Shown: positions 40,304 to 53,407 of the stretch, piece by piece
How positions within the stretch are numbered: position 1 is the stretch's first letter
How the letters are laid out: each line of letters starts with the position of its first letter
Source: Lama guanicoe
Lineage: Eukaryota
DNA: 64,000 nt
Direction of reading: 5' to 3'
NCBI GenBank assembly: GCA_013239625.1
Contig: MU053365.1
Coordinates: 1-64,000, forward strand
The notes under the pieces: model-generated
The model's database searches: none
The model's input: the letters and a program-made list of their open reading frames with translations, nothing else
What the model was told of the DNA's origin: nothing
Position numbers and translations under genes: made by a program

Positions 40304-40499
40304 CAATGGTTCTCAACGGGGGTGATTTTGCCCTCAGGGAGTTTTGGCAATGTCTGGAGTCTTCTGGTTGGCACAACTGGTGGGAGGAGGTGCCGGCATT
40401 GAGCGGGGAGAAGCTAGGGGTGATAGGAAGTGCAGGATGGCCTGCACAACAAAACCCAGCTGGCCCCAAATGGCAGTGGTGCTAGGTTCAGAGACCCTG
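40304..40499 (+). mobile_element. MER20-like hAT transposon
   Basis: CAATGGTTCTCAAC..GGGGGTGATTTTGCC..TTTGGCAATGTCTGGA..GAGACCCTG. Confidence 0.75.
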
Positions 40500-42765
40500 G
40501 CAGGCCATCATTTGCCAGAGCAGGACTAACTACTAAAACCCCTTCTGTGTCTCTGAGATTTGGGGACTGCACACTCAGTTATTAAAATAACATGCTGATT
40601 ATAAGAGGAGTGGCCCTTTGCATATAGCCTTGGAAAAAAGTCTTTCAAGAGGGCCAGGAGCTTCAAATACAGATGAAGCTTTTCAAACAACACAAAAAGT
40701 TTCCAGAGTAGCAGCTAATTGGATTTCTCCTTTCTTCCTGTGCAGAGAGGTTTCCCCATCTCCGTTTCCTCTCTGGTAGAAGACAAGTTATATATACTAG
40801 GTAATTTCTTATAAAAAATAGTATTGGATTCCTCCCTTATTGCAAAAGTATTGACATAGTCATCACAGAAAAACTTAAAATATGGACAAAGCCAAGACAA
40901 TCGGACCTGCTCTAACTTGGCCTTCCCCAGGCACAGTGTAGGAAATGATCGGACCCGGTTCTTCAGCCTGCTTCTCTACATCCTATTTTCTGACCGACTT
41001 TTCAGGCTGCATGGTTGCTAAAGGCTTCCCTGACTCCACCTGGTTTCTCTGACACGCAAATCCAGAGCACTTCCACGCGAGCACGTGTCCTTCCTCTCCC
41101 GTGACAGCTAATCAATGTGAATATTTCTACAAAGATTAACACCAAGACTGCTGCTCTTCCCAGCTTTGACTTTCATGACTCTGCTGGCTGTGGGGCCTGG
41201 CGAGCCCCGCACATGCAAGGGGCGCAGACATCCACCAACAGACTGTGGATTTTACCTCTCAGTGTGTTCTGAACCCACCCAGGTTCTCTCTCTGCCTATC
41301 CCACCCGCGCTACTGTCTCCTGTCATTTGGATGCACAACCACTCGCATGTTGTACATCCAAGTCACACTCACGCTGCACTGCAGTCCCATTCACCTGGTT
41401 CTAAGGAAGATCTTTGCAAAAGGCCAATCAGATCAGGTCATTGTACCTCTCTCACCTCCAAATATTTCACTGGCTTTCCAGTGAATGAGCAAGAGCAGAA
41501 AACACTTGAACCTGGCTTTTGTGTTGACCCTTCATAGTTTGGCTCCTATGCCTCCTTGTCCTGACTCCCCCCTTCCCCATCTGCAGGGCCAGCTTGACAC
41601 TCTGGTCCCAAGAGCATCCTTTCTTGCTGCCTTTGGCTGGGTCAGGTTGCCTCATCCCCACACCACTCCTCGGCAGCCCTCAGCTCAGTTGTACTTTCAT
41701 GCTCATTTCCGGAATGAGTTCACTTGTCTTTATTTTTCTGGGAAGCTTCGTGGGGCATACGCTGTCTGTTTTGGCGCCCTTATCTCTCAGTCCCTAGCAC
41801 GGGGCAACACACATAATGAATGTTGGTGGAGTAAACAAGGGCCTGTGTAAGTGTTAATGGAACTCTAAAGGATTAAATTGTAGAAATGAAATTTCCAGGT
41901 CAGAGGCACACGTAGCAGACATTTGTCACAATTTGGGCCGGCAGCAGCATAGCTGTGATTCTCTGCTGGGGAAACTGCCCGTGCTGTTATTTTGCGGGGG
42001 AGGCAGAACGCACTTGCCATTGTAGAGGCACGAAATGTCGGGTGCCCACATTCCCTGTGGCTCCCTTGTGGCCGGGGAGCGGGCATGTGACATTCAGTAA
42101 GCCAAGCAGACGCCGTTCCCCCTGATGTGCAGGGGGAAGCGGGGGTGGCATCCCGACCCAGCACACAGGCTCTGCACTCACAATGGGAAGCAGTGGCCAC
42201 CAGTGTCCCACAGTGGCAATGGTAGTGTCATTACCAGACTGTTCTCATGGTGTGATTTTGGCTATGGTCACGGCAGCTGCTGGTCACCTACGTCCCTACC
42301 TGAGCCTGAGACTGCAGCCTTCCCTGGGACTGGGTGAATTACTCAGGAGCCGTTAAAAGCAAAACAAAACAAAAACTCTTTTCTGCTTAATTTGACTAGA
42401 GTCAGTCAAGCAACTGGGGCTCCCGACTAATATAGCAGGTGCATGTGACAATCTGGAAGCTGGTGCCAAACTGGCCTCCAAAGATGTTGCACAAATTGAC
42501 ACTCCCACCAGCCGGGCCCGGCACTCGGGTTTATAGCTCTCCTCTTGGTACACCGTCTGTCACTTTGCAATGACCTTGTTCCCGGGAAGGAGGCATTCCC
42601 TATTCATTTCTCTATGCTAAGTCTCTAACCCAGTGCCTGGCACATTTGAGGCACTTACGTGTTTGTGAAATGAATGAACAAAAAGAATTTTTAAAAAAAG
42701 AATTTGAGAAAGACCTAAGACGTGAGGGCAGAGACTGAGTTGGGAGGACGGCCAGGCAGCCCCTT

Positions 42766-42784
42766 GCTCCACCAGGGGGCGCTG
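42766..42784 (+). promoter_or_regulatory. Strong CTCF motif
   Basis: GCTCCACCAGGGGGCGCTG matches the CCASYAGRKGGCRS core exactly. Confidence 0.65.
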
Positions 42785-43092
42785 AGGCCCAGAGGCGAGA
42801 AGCCCCGTCCGCCAAGGACTCGCAGGGACCCGAGGAAGCAGGCCTCAGACCCAAGTCCACACGTCTCTCCTCTGGGCGCCTCCGATCCTGTTCTCTGTGG
42901 CCCCGCCGCAGGGGCTGCTGCATGGGCAACGCTCCTCTCCTGGGGTCTCCCCACCGGGGAGAGTAGATTTCAGCTGAAATGATGTGCAAATGAGCAAACT
43001 AAAAGCCGTGGAGCTGCCGGAATATCAACTTGTGAAAGAGAAAAAGCTGGTGACCACCCGTTTGGAAAATTGCCTTTGTGTGTACCTGGAAG

Positions 43093-43140
43093 GCGCGCAC
43101 GTGTACATGTGTGTGTGTGTGTGTGTGTTTGCGCGCGCGC
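43093..43140. repeat. Alternating purine-pyrimidine (CG/TG) tract
   Basis: GCGCGCACGTGTACATG(TG)nTTT(GC)5. Confidence 0.85.
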
Positions 43141-43679
43141 TCGTGTAGGGAATCAAGTGCCGGCCCCTCTCTGGCAGGATTTTTCATTTCCCTTTATTCT
43201 TTGTACTGCTTTCAAATCAAAGGGAAGCTGTGGCAGAGAACCTTTTGCCCCGAGCTGCATATATGAAAATGAACAAGGTTCTGGGAGTCGTGTGTTTTCA
43301 ATAATGGATCTGCAGTGCCACCCTTTCTCGGAATTGAAGCGAGACTGTTGCTAGGTTGGAGGTAAGAGGCAAGGAGTGGGGATGGGAGTCCTAATTCCAG
43401 TGGTTTTACCTCTCCCCACCTCCCCAGCTACCCATTTAAGCATCACCAACTGGTAGAATATGAATCAATTCCGGGCCCAACCTTTGTTCAGTCTATTTAA
43501 AGGATTTTTTAAAAAAAATCTCCGTCACCACGGCTTGATAGTTAAAGAAAAATCTCCACAAAGCCGTTTTGAAGAGCACATCTGTAAAATTGGGTCAGCA
43601 GGTACGTTACACGTTGGCACGCAAGATGAAATAGAACCCTGGTCTGGTCGGAGCTTCACAGCAACAGGGAAGAGCTATG

Positions 43680-44165
43680 TTTCCACGTGGCGCACTTGCA
43701 TTTGTGCCTTTCATCTCCGATCCTCCCACACAACCCGGGTTCCAGGGCGGCGGGCGCCGGGCCTCCCAGAGCCGCCCGGGTCGGGCTCTGGCCGGCGGTG
43801 GAGACAGCGTGCGGTTCCTCGGGAGACCACTGGAGGCCGCTGTGGCACCAAGAACGCGCGGGGGGCGCCCAGCTGGCGGAGCGGGCGTCTCCTAGGAGTA
43901 ATGACTGTCACACTCACACACCGACTGTTCTCGAATTCTAGTCCAGGATTTAAAAGACACTGTTATGAATTAACGAGAATAAAAGACTCGGCAGATGAAG
44001 CGCGGGTCTCGGATTCCCTGGGGTTGTTTTCTAGCTGCTTTCTAACTCCTTTCCCCTGCTTTGGGACTGGGTCTCGTTTGTGTCCTGCGAGACTCGGGCT
44101 TTATACTTGGCGAAAACGTCCTCCAGAAATGACCCAAGAGGAGGAAACGCCGCGGCTGCAGCCTC
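43680..44165. promoter_or_regulatory. Orphan CpG-rich island (enhancer or noncoding promoter)
   Basis: High GC and CpG density, especially 43735-43890; no recognisable coding exon. Confidence 0.55.
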
Positions 44166-44267
44166 TGGTGCTCATCCCCAAGTACTTTTGCAAAATAGCA
44201 TGCTTTACTGTTTTCTCCATCAACTAGTTTTGGCGGCAGGTGCCAGCCACCAAGTGGGCTGCAGAAA

Positions 44268-44459
44268 TAGGACTACCTGATAAAATCCAGGACATCTAAT
44301 TAAATATAAATTTCAGATGAACAATGAATAAATTGCTTACTCTATGTACGTCCCAAATCTCGCATGGGTCACACTGAACTAAAACATGATTTGTTGTTTA
44401 TCGGAAATTCCAATTTAACTGGGTGGCCGGGATTATGAGTTGCAAATTCTGGCCACCGT
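44268..44459. mobile_element. MER53-like palindromic MITE
   Basis: GATAAAATCCAGGACA..AATTTCAGATGAACAA..GTCCCAAAT..CATGGG..TTGTTTATCGGAAATT..TTTAACTGGG, self-complementary arms. Confidence 0.75.
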
Positions 44460-46319
44460 CCACAGACAAGGAGACACGGGTTGGGTAGCAGTGAGGGGTC
44501 CCAAGGGGGCCCAGAGATGGGGAGTGGTTAGGGCTGAAGCCAGGCACCCAGAGTTCACCAAGGTGGGCAGTGAGAAAGAGCCACGTGTTCTGAGAACAAA
44601 CAGGCCTTGTACAGGCCTAGCAGTTAGGTGTCTCTGAGGAAGGGATTTGCTCAGTTAGAAGCCGCAACTGGAAGTAATGTTCTACTTTTTTCTTTTTATT
44701 TACTGCCCTCGCTCTAACACCTACACAGGCACACCAGTTTCGGGGGACTGTATTCCGAGCTCCACTGAGTTCAACCATTGGTCATGATGCCCTGATGCAG
44801 GCCCTGCCCCTGATGTGGGCGCCCAGGACCGGCAGTGGTAGGACCAGCTGTAGATTTAACTCTGGGCAGCCCGAGAAGGAGGTGACACCAGCAGAGGGGC
44901 ATTTGCCTGGTCTTATAGGTGGCACTCAGGCATTTTGAACGTGGGGCTCCTGAAGTCACTGAGGTCCCAACACATGAATGTTCACCTCTCCAGGCTCTCC
45001 CCAAGGCTCTGCCATCTGGCTGGAGGTCTCCAGGACTCAGCGGGGATGTGCAGGCAGCCATGGAATTTCTATCTTCTGGTTTTGGCAAATAAACCAGATT
45101 TCCGAAGGAGCCCACCATCTCTGGTCCCCTCTTTCCGGTTGGCTGGGACCTTCAAGTGGCCAAGGAGAAATCCCGGGAGGATCCAGAAAAGCCCACCCAG
45201 ACCCAGGCTGATTCCATTCTGCTGCCCAAGGGCTGGATGACCTCGTGCAGGCCACGCCCCTTCTCACGCCTGGGCAGCAGGTGTGCCATACGTGTCTCCT
45301 CTTTTCCCAAGCTCCATGAGCTTGAGGGGCAGATGGGAGGCTCTTGAAAGTGATGAATCTGCACACCCCAGGCCACCACTGCTGGAGTCAAAACATTTAA
45401 GAGGGAAGTGGGTCTCCGGTTAGGGGATGCTTCTGAAAAAAAGAAGCTAGTTGATAGAATAACTACTTTGTACGTATTAAGGTTGATGGCAATTATTTGG
45501 AACATTTCTTCATTGTTTGCCTGGACTGGGAGCACCCGGAGTTTAGGGATTGTGTTCCCAGCTCTACCCTCGCAGTACTGAGATTCAAGCCCTGACCCTG
45601 GGTGACCTAGGACAGATTTCCTTCCTGGGCCTGGGTCTCCCCATCGAGGGCCAATCCCTCCCAGCTACTCAGGAGTCCTGATAAAGGCCAGCTCTTCTCC
45701 GCCTGGGAGCTGTGTTCACTGTGAGCAGCGACATAAATCTCATGGATTTATTTTCCTTCTTTCTTGATAAACCAGATTTGGATGCGCTTAAACTCAAACC
45801 AAACTCACACACACGTTTCCTGAATTCCTGGGGCCAGTGGGGTCCCAGGCTGGCGTGGTACTGGGCCAGCCTGCAGCTTGAGGGTCACTTCCAGGGTCGG
45901 GGAGCAGGCCTGGTTGGGGGACTTTCTGGTGAAGGAGGTGGGGCCATGGGGTTACCCTGCAGTCATCAGCTCCAGAGGCCAGACCCTGACTTGGACAGCC
46001 TCGTTTCCCTCTTCCCCCACCCACCCAGCGTTTGGACCTGCCGCTGGAGATCTCTCTATTACTTGGCTTTGTTTTTTTCGTAACACCCACTATCATCTGA
46101 ACTTGAGTTCTGTTCCCATCAACGGGTCCTTGTACATTTCCTTCTCTAGAATATCGGATCCAGGGAACAGGGACCTTGTGATATCTTACTTATCACTGCC
46201 TCCTCAGCCCTCAGCACTCAGAACAGGGCTTCACGAGTGCTTGAAAAGTGTTGGTTGCCTCACTTTTTGATCCTTGTCCCAGAGCTGGCAAGAGAAACCG
46301 TGGCAGGTGGGAATGGGCC

Positions 46320-46470
46320 CTGATTTTGGAGTGTGAATTCTGACTCCACCCCTGACTAGCCGTGTGGCCTTAGGGAAGCGCATTCACCTCTCTGAGCCCT
46401 TAGTCTCCTTGTGTGTAAAATGGGATGATACATCTGCCTGTGTCACTGGGTTGTTTTCAGGATTAGCTCA
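46320..46470 (+). mobile_element. MIR
   Basis: ACTAGCCGTGTGGCCTTAGG..ACCTCTCTGAGCC..TGTAAAATGGGATGATA. Confidence 0.65.
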
Positions 46471-48939
46471 GAGCCGGGAACTACAGACTGTCCAAACCCA
46501 AAGCCTCCGAGTGCTTCTGCTACCGCAACGTTACCCTGCATGTGGGCAGCCCTGGATCTCGAGTGTGTCACCTTGGGGCTCAGTGGTGATGCTGACACTA
46601 GCACCCTGGCCTCCTAATCTCTGGTCCAGATGGCTTTTGGGTCACTGTTTGTGGCCTCATCAGCATGACCTTGACAAACTACGTACCCACAGAGGAGAAA
46701 AGCTCGACCGTTTCCCGCTAGGAATTGGGAGCCTCGGTTTTGCTAGTTTCCAGCATCCTCACCTCCCCAGCTTGTTCGTGCTGATCAAAGCAGGTCGAGG
46801 GCAGGGGTGAGAGCTCAAAGGCTGGGTCTCGTTTGCTAAAGCATTTCCTCTGTGGAAGGTTCCAGCTGTCTGAGTCATCGTGTCCCACTCAACCTGAAGC
46901 CCAGAGCCCTTTCATTTTCTTCCTTTTCTTTTGATGTGCTGCAGCTGTGAGTGCAGCGGACCCGCAGCCTGCATGGGGGAGGGGCCGGCTGTTTCCACGC
47001 CTCCATCTTCCAGGAGCTGCCCAGACTAAGGCGGGCAGCTTTGCCTCCGGAGCTAGTCGGAAGATTCCCGGCTGGGCCAGGGCTCCCTGCATCAGCTCCC
47101 TTTGCTGCTATTAACCCGCTCGGGTTTGCCAGCTCTGCTGAGTTTATCTTGTGAATCCACTTTCTCAAATCCATGGCCTTAGATTCCAATAACAGAGAAA
47201 TTGCAGCATCTGTGAGCACTTTGGCAAATATTCCTAGGCTCATGTGTGAGGACTCGGGAATAACAGGGCCAGCTCTGTGACACTTTTTTGTTCTTAGCCA
47301 GCTCCCCTAAGGGCCACTGGAAGGAGAGACTTTGAAATAACTCACTGAGCCTAAATGGGGTCATTCATTCACGAGCTCCTTTTCTCAGTCCATCAACGTA
47401 GAGTAGCACCTGCTCTTGGCCAGGCCATGCTAGACTCAGCTGTGGATGGACCATCTGGTCTGGGCCCTAGGAGTGACAATTTTCAGTTCAGTGCCTTGGG
47501 CATGGGGAGGGATGCTGTCGGAATTCAGCAGGTAATGGTGTGGTGGAGGCTGGCCCGGTGGGCTGGGGCTGGAAGGTACAACTGACTCCAGCTTCAAGGA
47601 GCTGATAATGCACCAGAGGTGGGGAGAACTAGTCAGACACTGCCAGCCACTTCCAAAGTCAGAAGGCATGGCGATGCAGTTTCAGAAAGTTTCAAACGGG
47701 TTCAGAAAGGATGTAAACAGGTCTCTCCCTGCACACCAGGTCCTATTGACTGCAAAAGGCTGTCTGCAGTGTGGCTTGAGGAAGTTTTGGATGATGCAAC
47801 TGGGCCCAGCCCAGAGGAAAATATTGACTCACCATGTCTGCATGGGTATAGGAAGCAGGGGTGCTAGGCAAGTGTTGGCCAAATCTTCATAGATGGAAAT
47901 GGTGCCAGTGAGGAGATAGGGCTTCAAGTCTGAGCTCTACATTGAAGAAGTTTTGTGGCTTTAGCAAGTCACTTGGACCTTCAAGTGGCCAAGGAGAAAT
48001 CCTAGGAGGATCCATAACAGTAAAATTAGGAAATAGAAATGAAAGTGTTGGAATTCTAGTCTTTAGAAATGAGGTATAATTAATTATTTAATGTAAAAGC
48101 TAGAACTTTTAATTAACCTAAATGCCCTATTCCTTGACTCTTCCATTTAACCAAGATTTTACTGACAGATGCCATGTCAGGCTAATTCCTATTCATCTTT
48201 CTGGTCTCAGAGAGAATGCCATATTTTCCAGGAGGCCTTCTCTGTCCCCTCTGCCCCTCTGGCAAGGTCAGATCCCATGTTATACACTCTCAAAGCACCC
48301 TGTTCTTTTCCTTCAAAACATTTCCCAGCTCCTTGAAGGAAGGAACCATACCTTTCTTTTTTACTATTGATACCCCAACACCTAGCAGAGTACCTGAAAC
48401 AGAGGAGGTGCTCAGTAAATATTTGACTCAAAAAATGAAGGGGATATAGCAGAAAACCTTTCTTGGAATCCATTAAAAATTGACACATATTGTAAAATAA
48501 ATTCATACAATGACTGAAACCAAGATCAAAAATTATCTTCAAGAATCTGCTTTAATGAAGAGACAATAGTGACTTCTTATCACTATAGCAATTGTTGATT
48601 AGTAAATGGATACTCTTAAAGTACTTGAGGAAAATTACTTCCTTGAGTAGATTATCTAATCCCTGAAATTATATTTCTGATATAGTGTGTATCAGTCAGT
48701 ATGAGTTGTGTTATGCTGTGGTAACAAAAAATCCCACCCATCTTAGTGGTGTAATGCAACAAAGTTCCATTTCTCATTCACATGGCATCTCCAGTGCTTT
48801 GCTCCTCATAGTCACTCAGGAATGCAGGCTTGTGAAGGCTCCTTTGTCAACATTTGCTTTCACCATCACCATGGCTGGGGTAAGGAACGTCAAGCATTAT
48901 GCACGGGCTCTTCAAGCTTCCACCAAAAAGTGACATGGT

Positions 48940-49990
48940 TATATGCCTGATAAGGGGTTAATATCTAAAATATAAGCAACTCACTCAACTCCATAGCAGA
49001 GAAACAAACATCTTGATTAAAAACAGGGGAAAGACCTGAAAAGACATTTTACTAAAGATATACAAATGGCCAAAAGACACATGAAAAAATGCTCAACATC
49101 ACTGATCGTCAGGGAAATGCAAATCACAATCACAATGAGATATCACTTCACACTTGTTAGAATGGCTATCATCAAAAACTCAAAAGATAAGTGTTGGCAA
49201 GGATGTGGATAAAAGGGAATTTTTTATAATGTTGGTGAGCATGTAAATTGGTACAGCCATTATGGAAAGCAGCGTGGAGGTTCCTCAAAAAACCAAAAAT
49301 AGAACTACCATATGATTCGGCCATCCCACTTCTGAGTCTACATCTGAAGGAAGTGAAATCACTATCTCAAAGAGATATCTGCACCTCCATGTTCACGGCA
49401 ACGTTATCCACAATAGCCAAGATATGGAAACAACTTAAATGTTTGTTGACAAATGAATGGATAAAGAAGATGTGCTTTATATATAATACAATATTACTCA
49501 GCCATAAAAGAAGGAAATCCTGCCATTTGTAATGACATGAATGATCTCTGTGCCATTATGCTAAGTGAAATAAGCCAGATACAGAAAGACAAATATTGCA
49601 TGATCATACTTATATATAGAATTAAAAAAAAAACTGAACTCATAATAATAGAGAGTAGAATGGTGGTTACCAGAAGCTAGGGTGTCGGGAAATAGGAAAG
49701 ATTAATAAAAATAATAAAATAGAATGGTATTTTCCAGGAGCTGAGAAGAGGGGGTAATGGGATGTTAGTGTTTAATGAGGACAGAGTTTCAGCTGTGCAA
49801 GATGAAGAGTTCTGGAGACATCTGATGGTGATGATTGCTTGATATGAATGTACTTAATATCACTCAACTGTACACTTAAAAATAGTCAAGAGAGTTACAC
49901 CAGAAACTGACACATTGCAACTGACTATACCTCAATATAAAACTAGTTAAGAGAGTAAGTTTTATGTCATGTTTTGCCACGATAACAAAT
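48940..49990 (+). mobile_element. L1M 3' fragment(s): ORF2 C-terminus and 3' UTR
   Basis: ORF 49248..49532 VQPLWKAAWRFLKKPKIELPYDSAIPLL resembles the L1 ORF2 C-terminus. Confidence 0.85.
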
Positions 49991-52900
49991 TGGAAAAATA
50001 AATAAAAAGATTTTCCAGGGAAAGATGTTTAATTTAAAATTGAAGAAAAGAAAATATTATACTCCTTTTATTATGAAAATGGAACCAAGGTTGGTAAAAA
50101 TAAGATGAGTTGCACAAAGATCCATATTTGAAAACTTGGTTCCATTTAGAGCAGTAGATGCTGCATTGGGTTACCTTGCATGTAATATTAAAATGTTGGA
50201 AAACAGAAACAAAACCAAATTAAATCCTCTTGTTTTCATAAGTTAATGCCCAAAGACGTTAAGTTCCAAAATTGAAATCTCCTCTCCTTGAAAGTGAAAT
50301 CCAAAGCCGAGAATTCTTAACTCCAAAGAAATTAAAGAATTTCAAAAATTATTCTAATTTTTTGTTTCGCACAGTCTCAGCCACAGGTATCCCCAGAGAC
50401 TGGGTAGAGCAAGGCTTTCTTCAACAGCTGCTGCTGGGGCTGCCTTCCCCTGGAATGGATATTGTTCCTTGGAAGTTGAATTAGCCTCCCTTGGGCTCTG
50501 CTTTTGAGAGCCCCATGACTGCGGCCATGCGGGTCTCCTCCTTTCCTCCAGCTCACACTAAGCACGTGTCTTTAACCTGCCCCACCGTGATAGGGAGTTG
50601 GTCTTCATCCCAAATGCAATGGATCCATTGAAATGTTTTAAGAAGGAGGCTGACATGATGAGCAGATGTGAATTCTAAGTAGATCCTGTTTACTGCGGAG
50701 TGGAGCGTAATTGGAAGGGGGGTTGAGATCAGTGGAAAGAAGATCAGTTGTGAGAGTTGAAGAGGCCAGACTAGAGCTGATGACAAGGTGGTGGCAGTGG
50801 TGACAGAGGGAAGTGGAGGAGTGGCTTTAAAGATGTCAGGAAGTAAAATCAGCAGTACTGATTTGATGTGGAGGCGGAGAGAAAGTTTTTTTTTTTTCAT
50901 GCAGTGCCTATGTAGTGCTCTTCCTTTCTTTTCTTTTTTCTTTCTTTGTTTCTTTGTCTCTTCCTTTCTTTGTTTGTTTCTTTCTTTCATTGAAAAACAT
51001 TTACTGAACACTGGCTACATCGATTCTATGTTTTAAGAACTGTGCTCTGTACAGAGGGGGATAACAAGAGGTACCTGCTCTCAGGAAACTCAGTCCCTTT
51101 GGTGAAGCTGGATACAATTGCAAACACCTATGTGCTAATAACAACATCTACTATGTGTTAATTCCTTGATGCTGTGCCTGGCACTTTACGTATTCAGTAG
51201 TCCTTTGGCCTTGGGCTGTGTATTTATTATATGTGGTTTCAGTGATTGTTCCCCAACATGTAGCCATTAGTAACTCTGACGGAGGTGCTGGGAGGTTGGC
51301 ACATGGGGAGGCGTCTAGCCCAGCACCTGGCATCTGAAGATCCACATGGTTCTGCCCTCTCTACCCATCACTGCCCACAGAAAGGCTCTAATTAAGGATT
51401 CAACAGGTTAAAGTCCTCTTTGAACCCCAATTTTAGGATTATAAGTATTCTGGGAATCCTAGGTGTCCATCGTCACCTCCAACTTGCTACTCATCCCAAG
51501 TGGGACACCAGGGTCCTGAGGAAACTCTTGTGCAGGGTGTGACTATGATTTACTGGACAGGAAGAGAGGACCTCTTCCTCTTCTTCATCCCAAGAACATC
51601 CAGCAGATATTTCACCCCTTGAAAAATAGAATGAGGCTTCTTTCCCACAAGCTCCTTGTGGATTTGAGACCATTGTTCTGGGCCCGTTGGCAATGATGGG
51701 TTCCTCCTATAGGATCTGGACCCCAGTTGGCCCAGACGCTGAGAGTTCCGGTCAGCCCATCTTTCCCCCAGCCTCTTCTCAGCACTACTTTCTCCCCTCA
51801 TCTCTCAGTGCCCTGAAGCCTGGATATTTAGAAATGAAGTCTGAGTAATGAGGTTGAGTAACAACCAGCCTGAGGTGGAATCAACCCAGTGACCTCAAGG
51901 GGAAAGAATGTTTTTTCTAAATGACTTTTTTTCTTTTAGGTTTTCAAAGGAATGGGTACTGAACTTTTCATTTCACACATCACAAATTTACATCTTCAAA
52001 TGCTGGAAACATCAACACCTCAGGGAAACAGAGTGTAAAGTCTGTGGACGTCTGCTCACCTGGAGCAGCAGTCGTCTTGGAGAAAACTGTAGTCTCCTGA
52101 ACCAGCCCGTCATGAGGCCTTGGTGCCTCCGACCTGACGGAGGGCCATCTTCGACCTGCTTATAATGGAAAAGCCCAGGCAGCGTGTTCCCTGAACTAGG
52201 CTGCTAGAAAAACCAGAACTTCAGTTTCCCCAGAAAGTCAACAATGAAGCCATTGTGTCTCACCGGAGTGAGACAGGCTTGGAGGAGCTGTTTCTCGCTG
52301 CGGTGTAACACCTTCGATGGGGCCTTCCTCCGCGGCCCAGGCCCGCTGCGCTGGGAGGCAGCGTTCCACAGGTATTTCCTGATGGCCCCCTCTCACAGGT
52401 CCCTCTCAACGTGTGCATTCACGGCCAGGTCGTTTATCTGCCTGCCACCTTGGGCTGATGAAAATGTTACTTTGACTTATGGCTTGAGCACTTCCTCAGA
52501 AAGTTGGGGACCCCAAGTGAGTTCCACTCCTAACTTTCTTCATGGAGAGGTTTTCATTGTTTATAGTCTGTGACTTTTGGATGGCAGCCAATGCTAAAGC
52601 CAAGAGGAAGCCTTTCTCTGTGGGTTTTCGCCTGCGTCCACCACCATGATAAATATGTGGTGTGATTATCAGTATATTTGACTTTATATAAATGCTTTCT
52701 TGGTCTGAGAGGACATCTGTGTAGTTTGCAAGTTCATCCATTGTCCTCTGCTGTTAATGGGCAGTCATGTATTCATGTAATTATTATGAGATCGAGGCAG
52801 CCTCTTTCCAAACTCTCATACATCACATGGTAAAGAAAACCCAGACATGTTTGGATTAAGAAAAAATAGCCTTCCACCAGACCTCTCTTATAATTCCTGG

Positions 52901-53234
52901 AAGATAAGTCAATTATACTGAGACTTAGCAGTACAGAAAAAGTAAGCTTACCTGAGGACCGGTAGCAAATCACAGAACTATTATTTCACTAGGAGGACAG
53001 TTTTTGTCTTGGATTACAACTGAGAGAAGTGGTAAAATCTGTTCTGACAATCTTCAGGCGTAATAGAAACGGTCATGCCTGGTTTGGTTAAGGCATTGCG
53101 TTGTTGCAATTTAGGGGGGTGCCATGAGGCTGTCCAGAGACCTAGGTGCCATCTAGGGGTGATGGTTAGTGGTGGGCAGGGTTTATCAAGAGCAGCTTCT
53201 TGGTTGGGTCACCACATTCTAGAGAGGTGATTTT

Positions 53235-53403
53235 TTAGAACTTACTATTACTAGTTTATCAGAAAGCATACAACTCAGGAATAGCCGGATGAAAGACATG
53301 CGTGGGCAAGTTATTGTGGGGGTGGGAGGTGGCATGGAGCTTCTCTGCCCTCTCTGAGCACGCCACGCTCCCGGCACCTACATGTGTTCACCAATCAGGA
53401 AGC
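53235..53403 (-). mobile_element. MER21-like LTR fragment
   Basis: ATACAACTCAGGAATAGCC..GGAGCTTC..GCCCTCT..GTGTTCACCAA..GGAAGCT. Confidence 0.55.
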
Positions 53404-53407
53404 TAGA

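Noticed and set aside
43460..44227. 255-aa + strand ORF
   Set aside because: No recognisable domain; it overlaps a GC-rich island where stop codons are scarce, so likely a chance ORF
45733..45751. ATAAATC-n5-GATTTAT inverted repeat
   Set aside because: A 7-bp AT-rich stem is expected by chance in 64 kb
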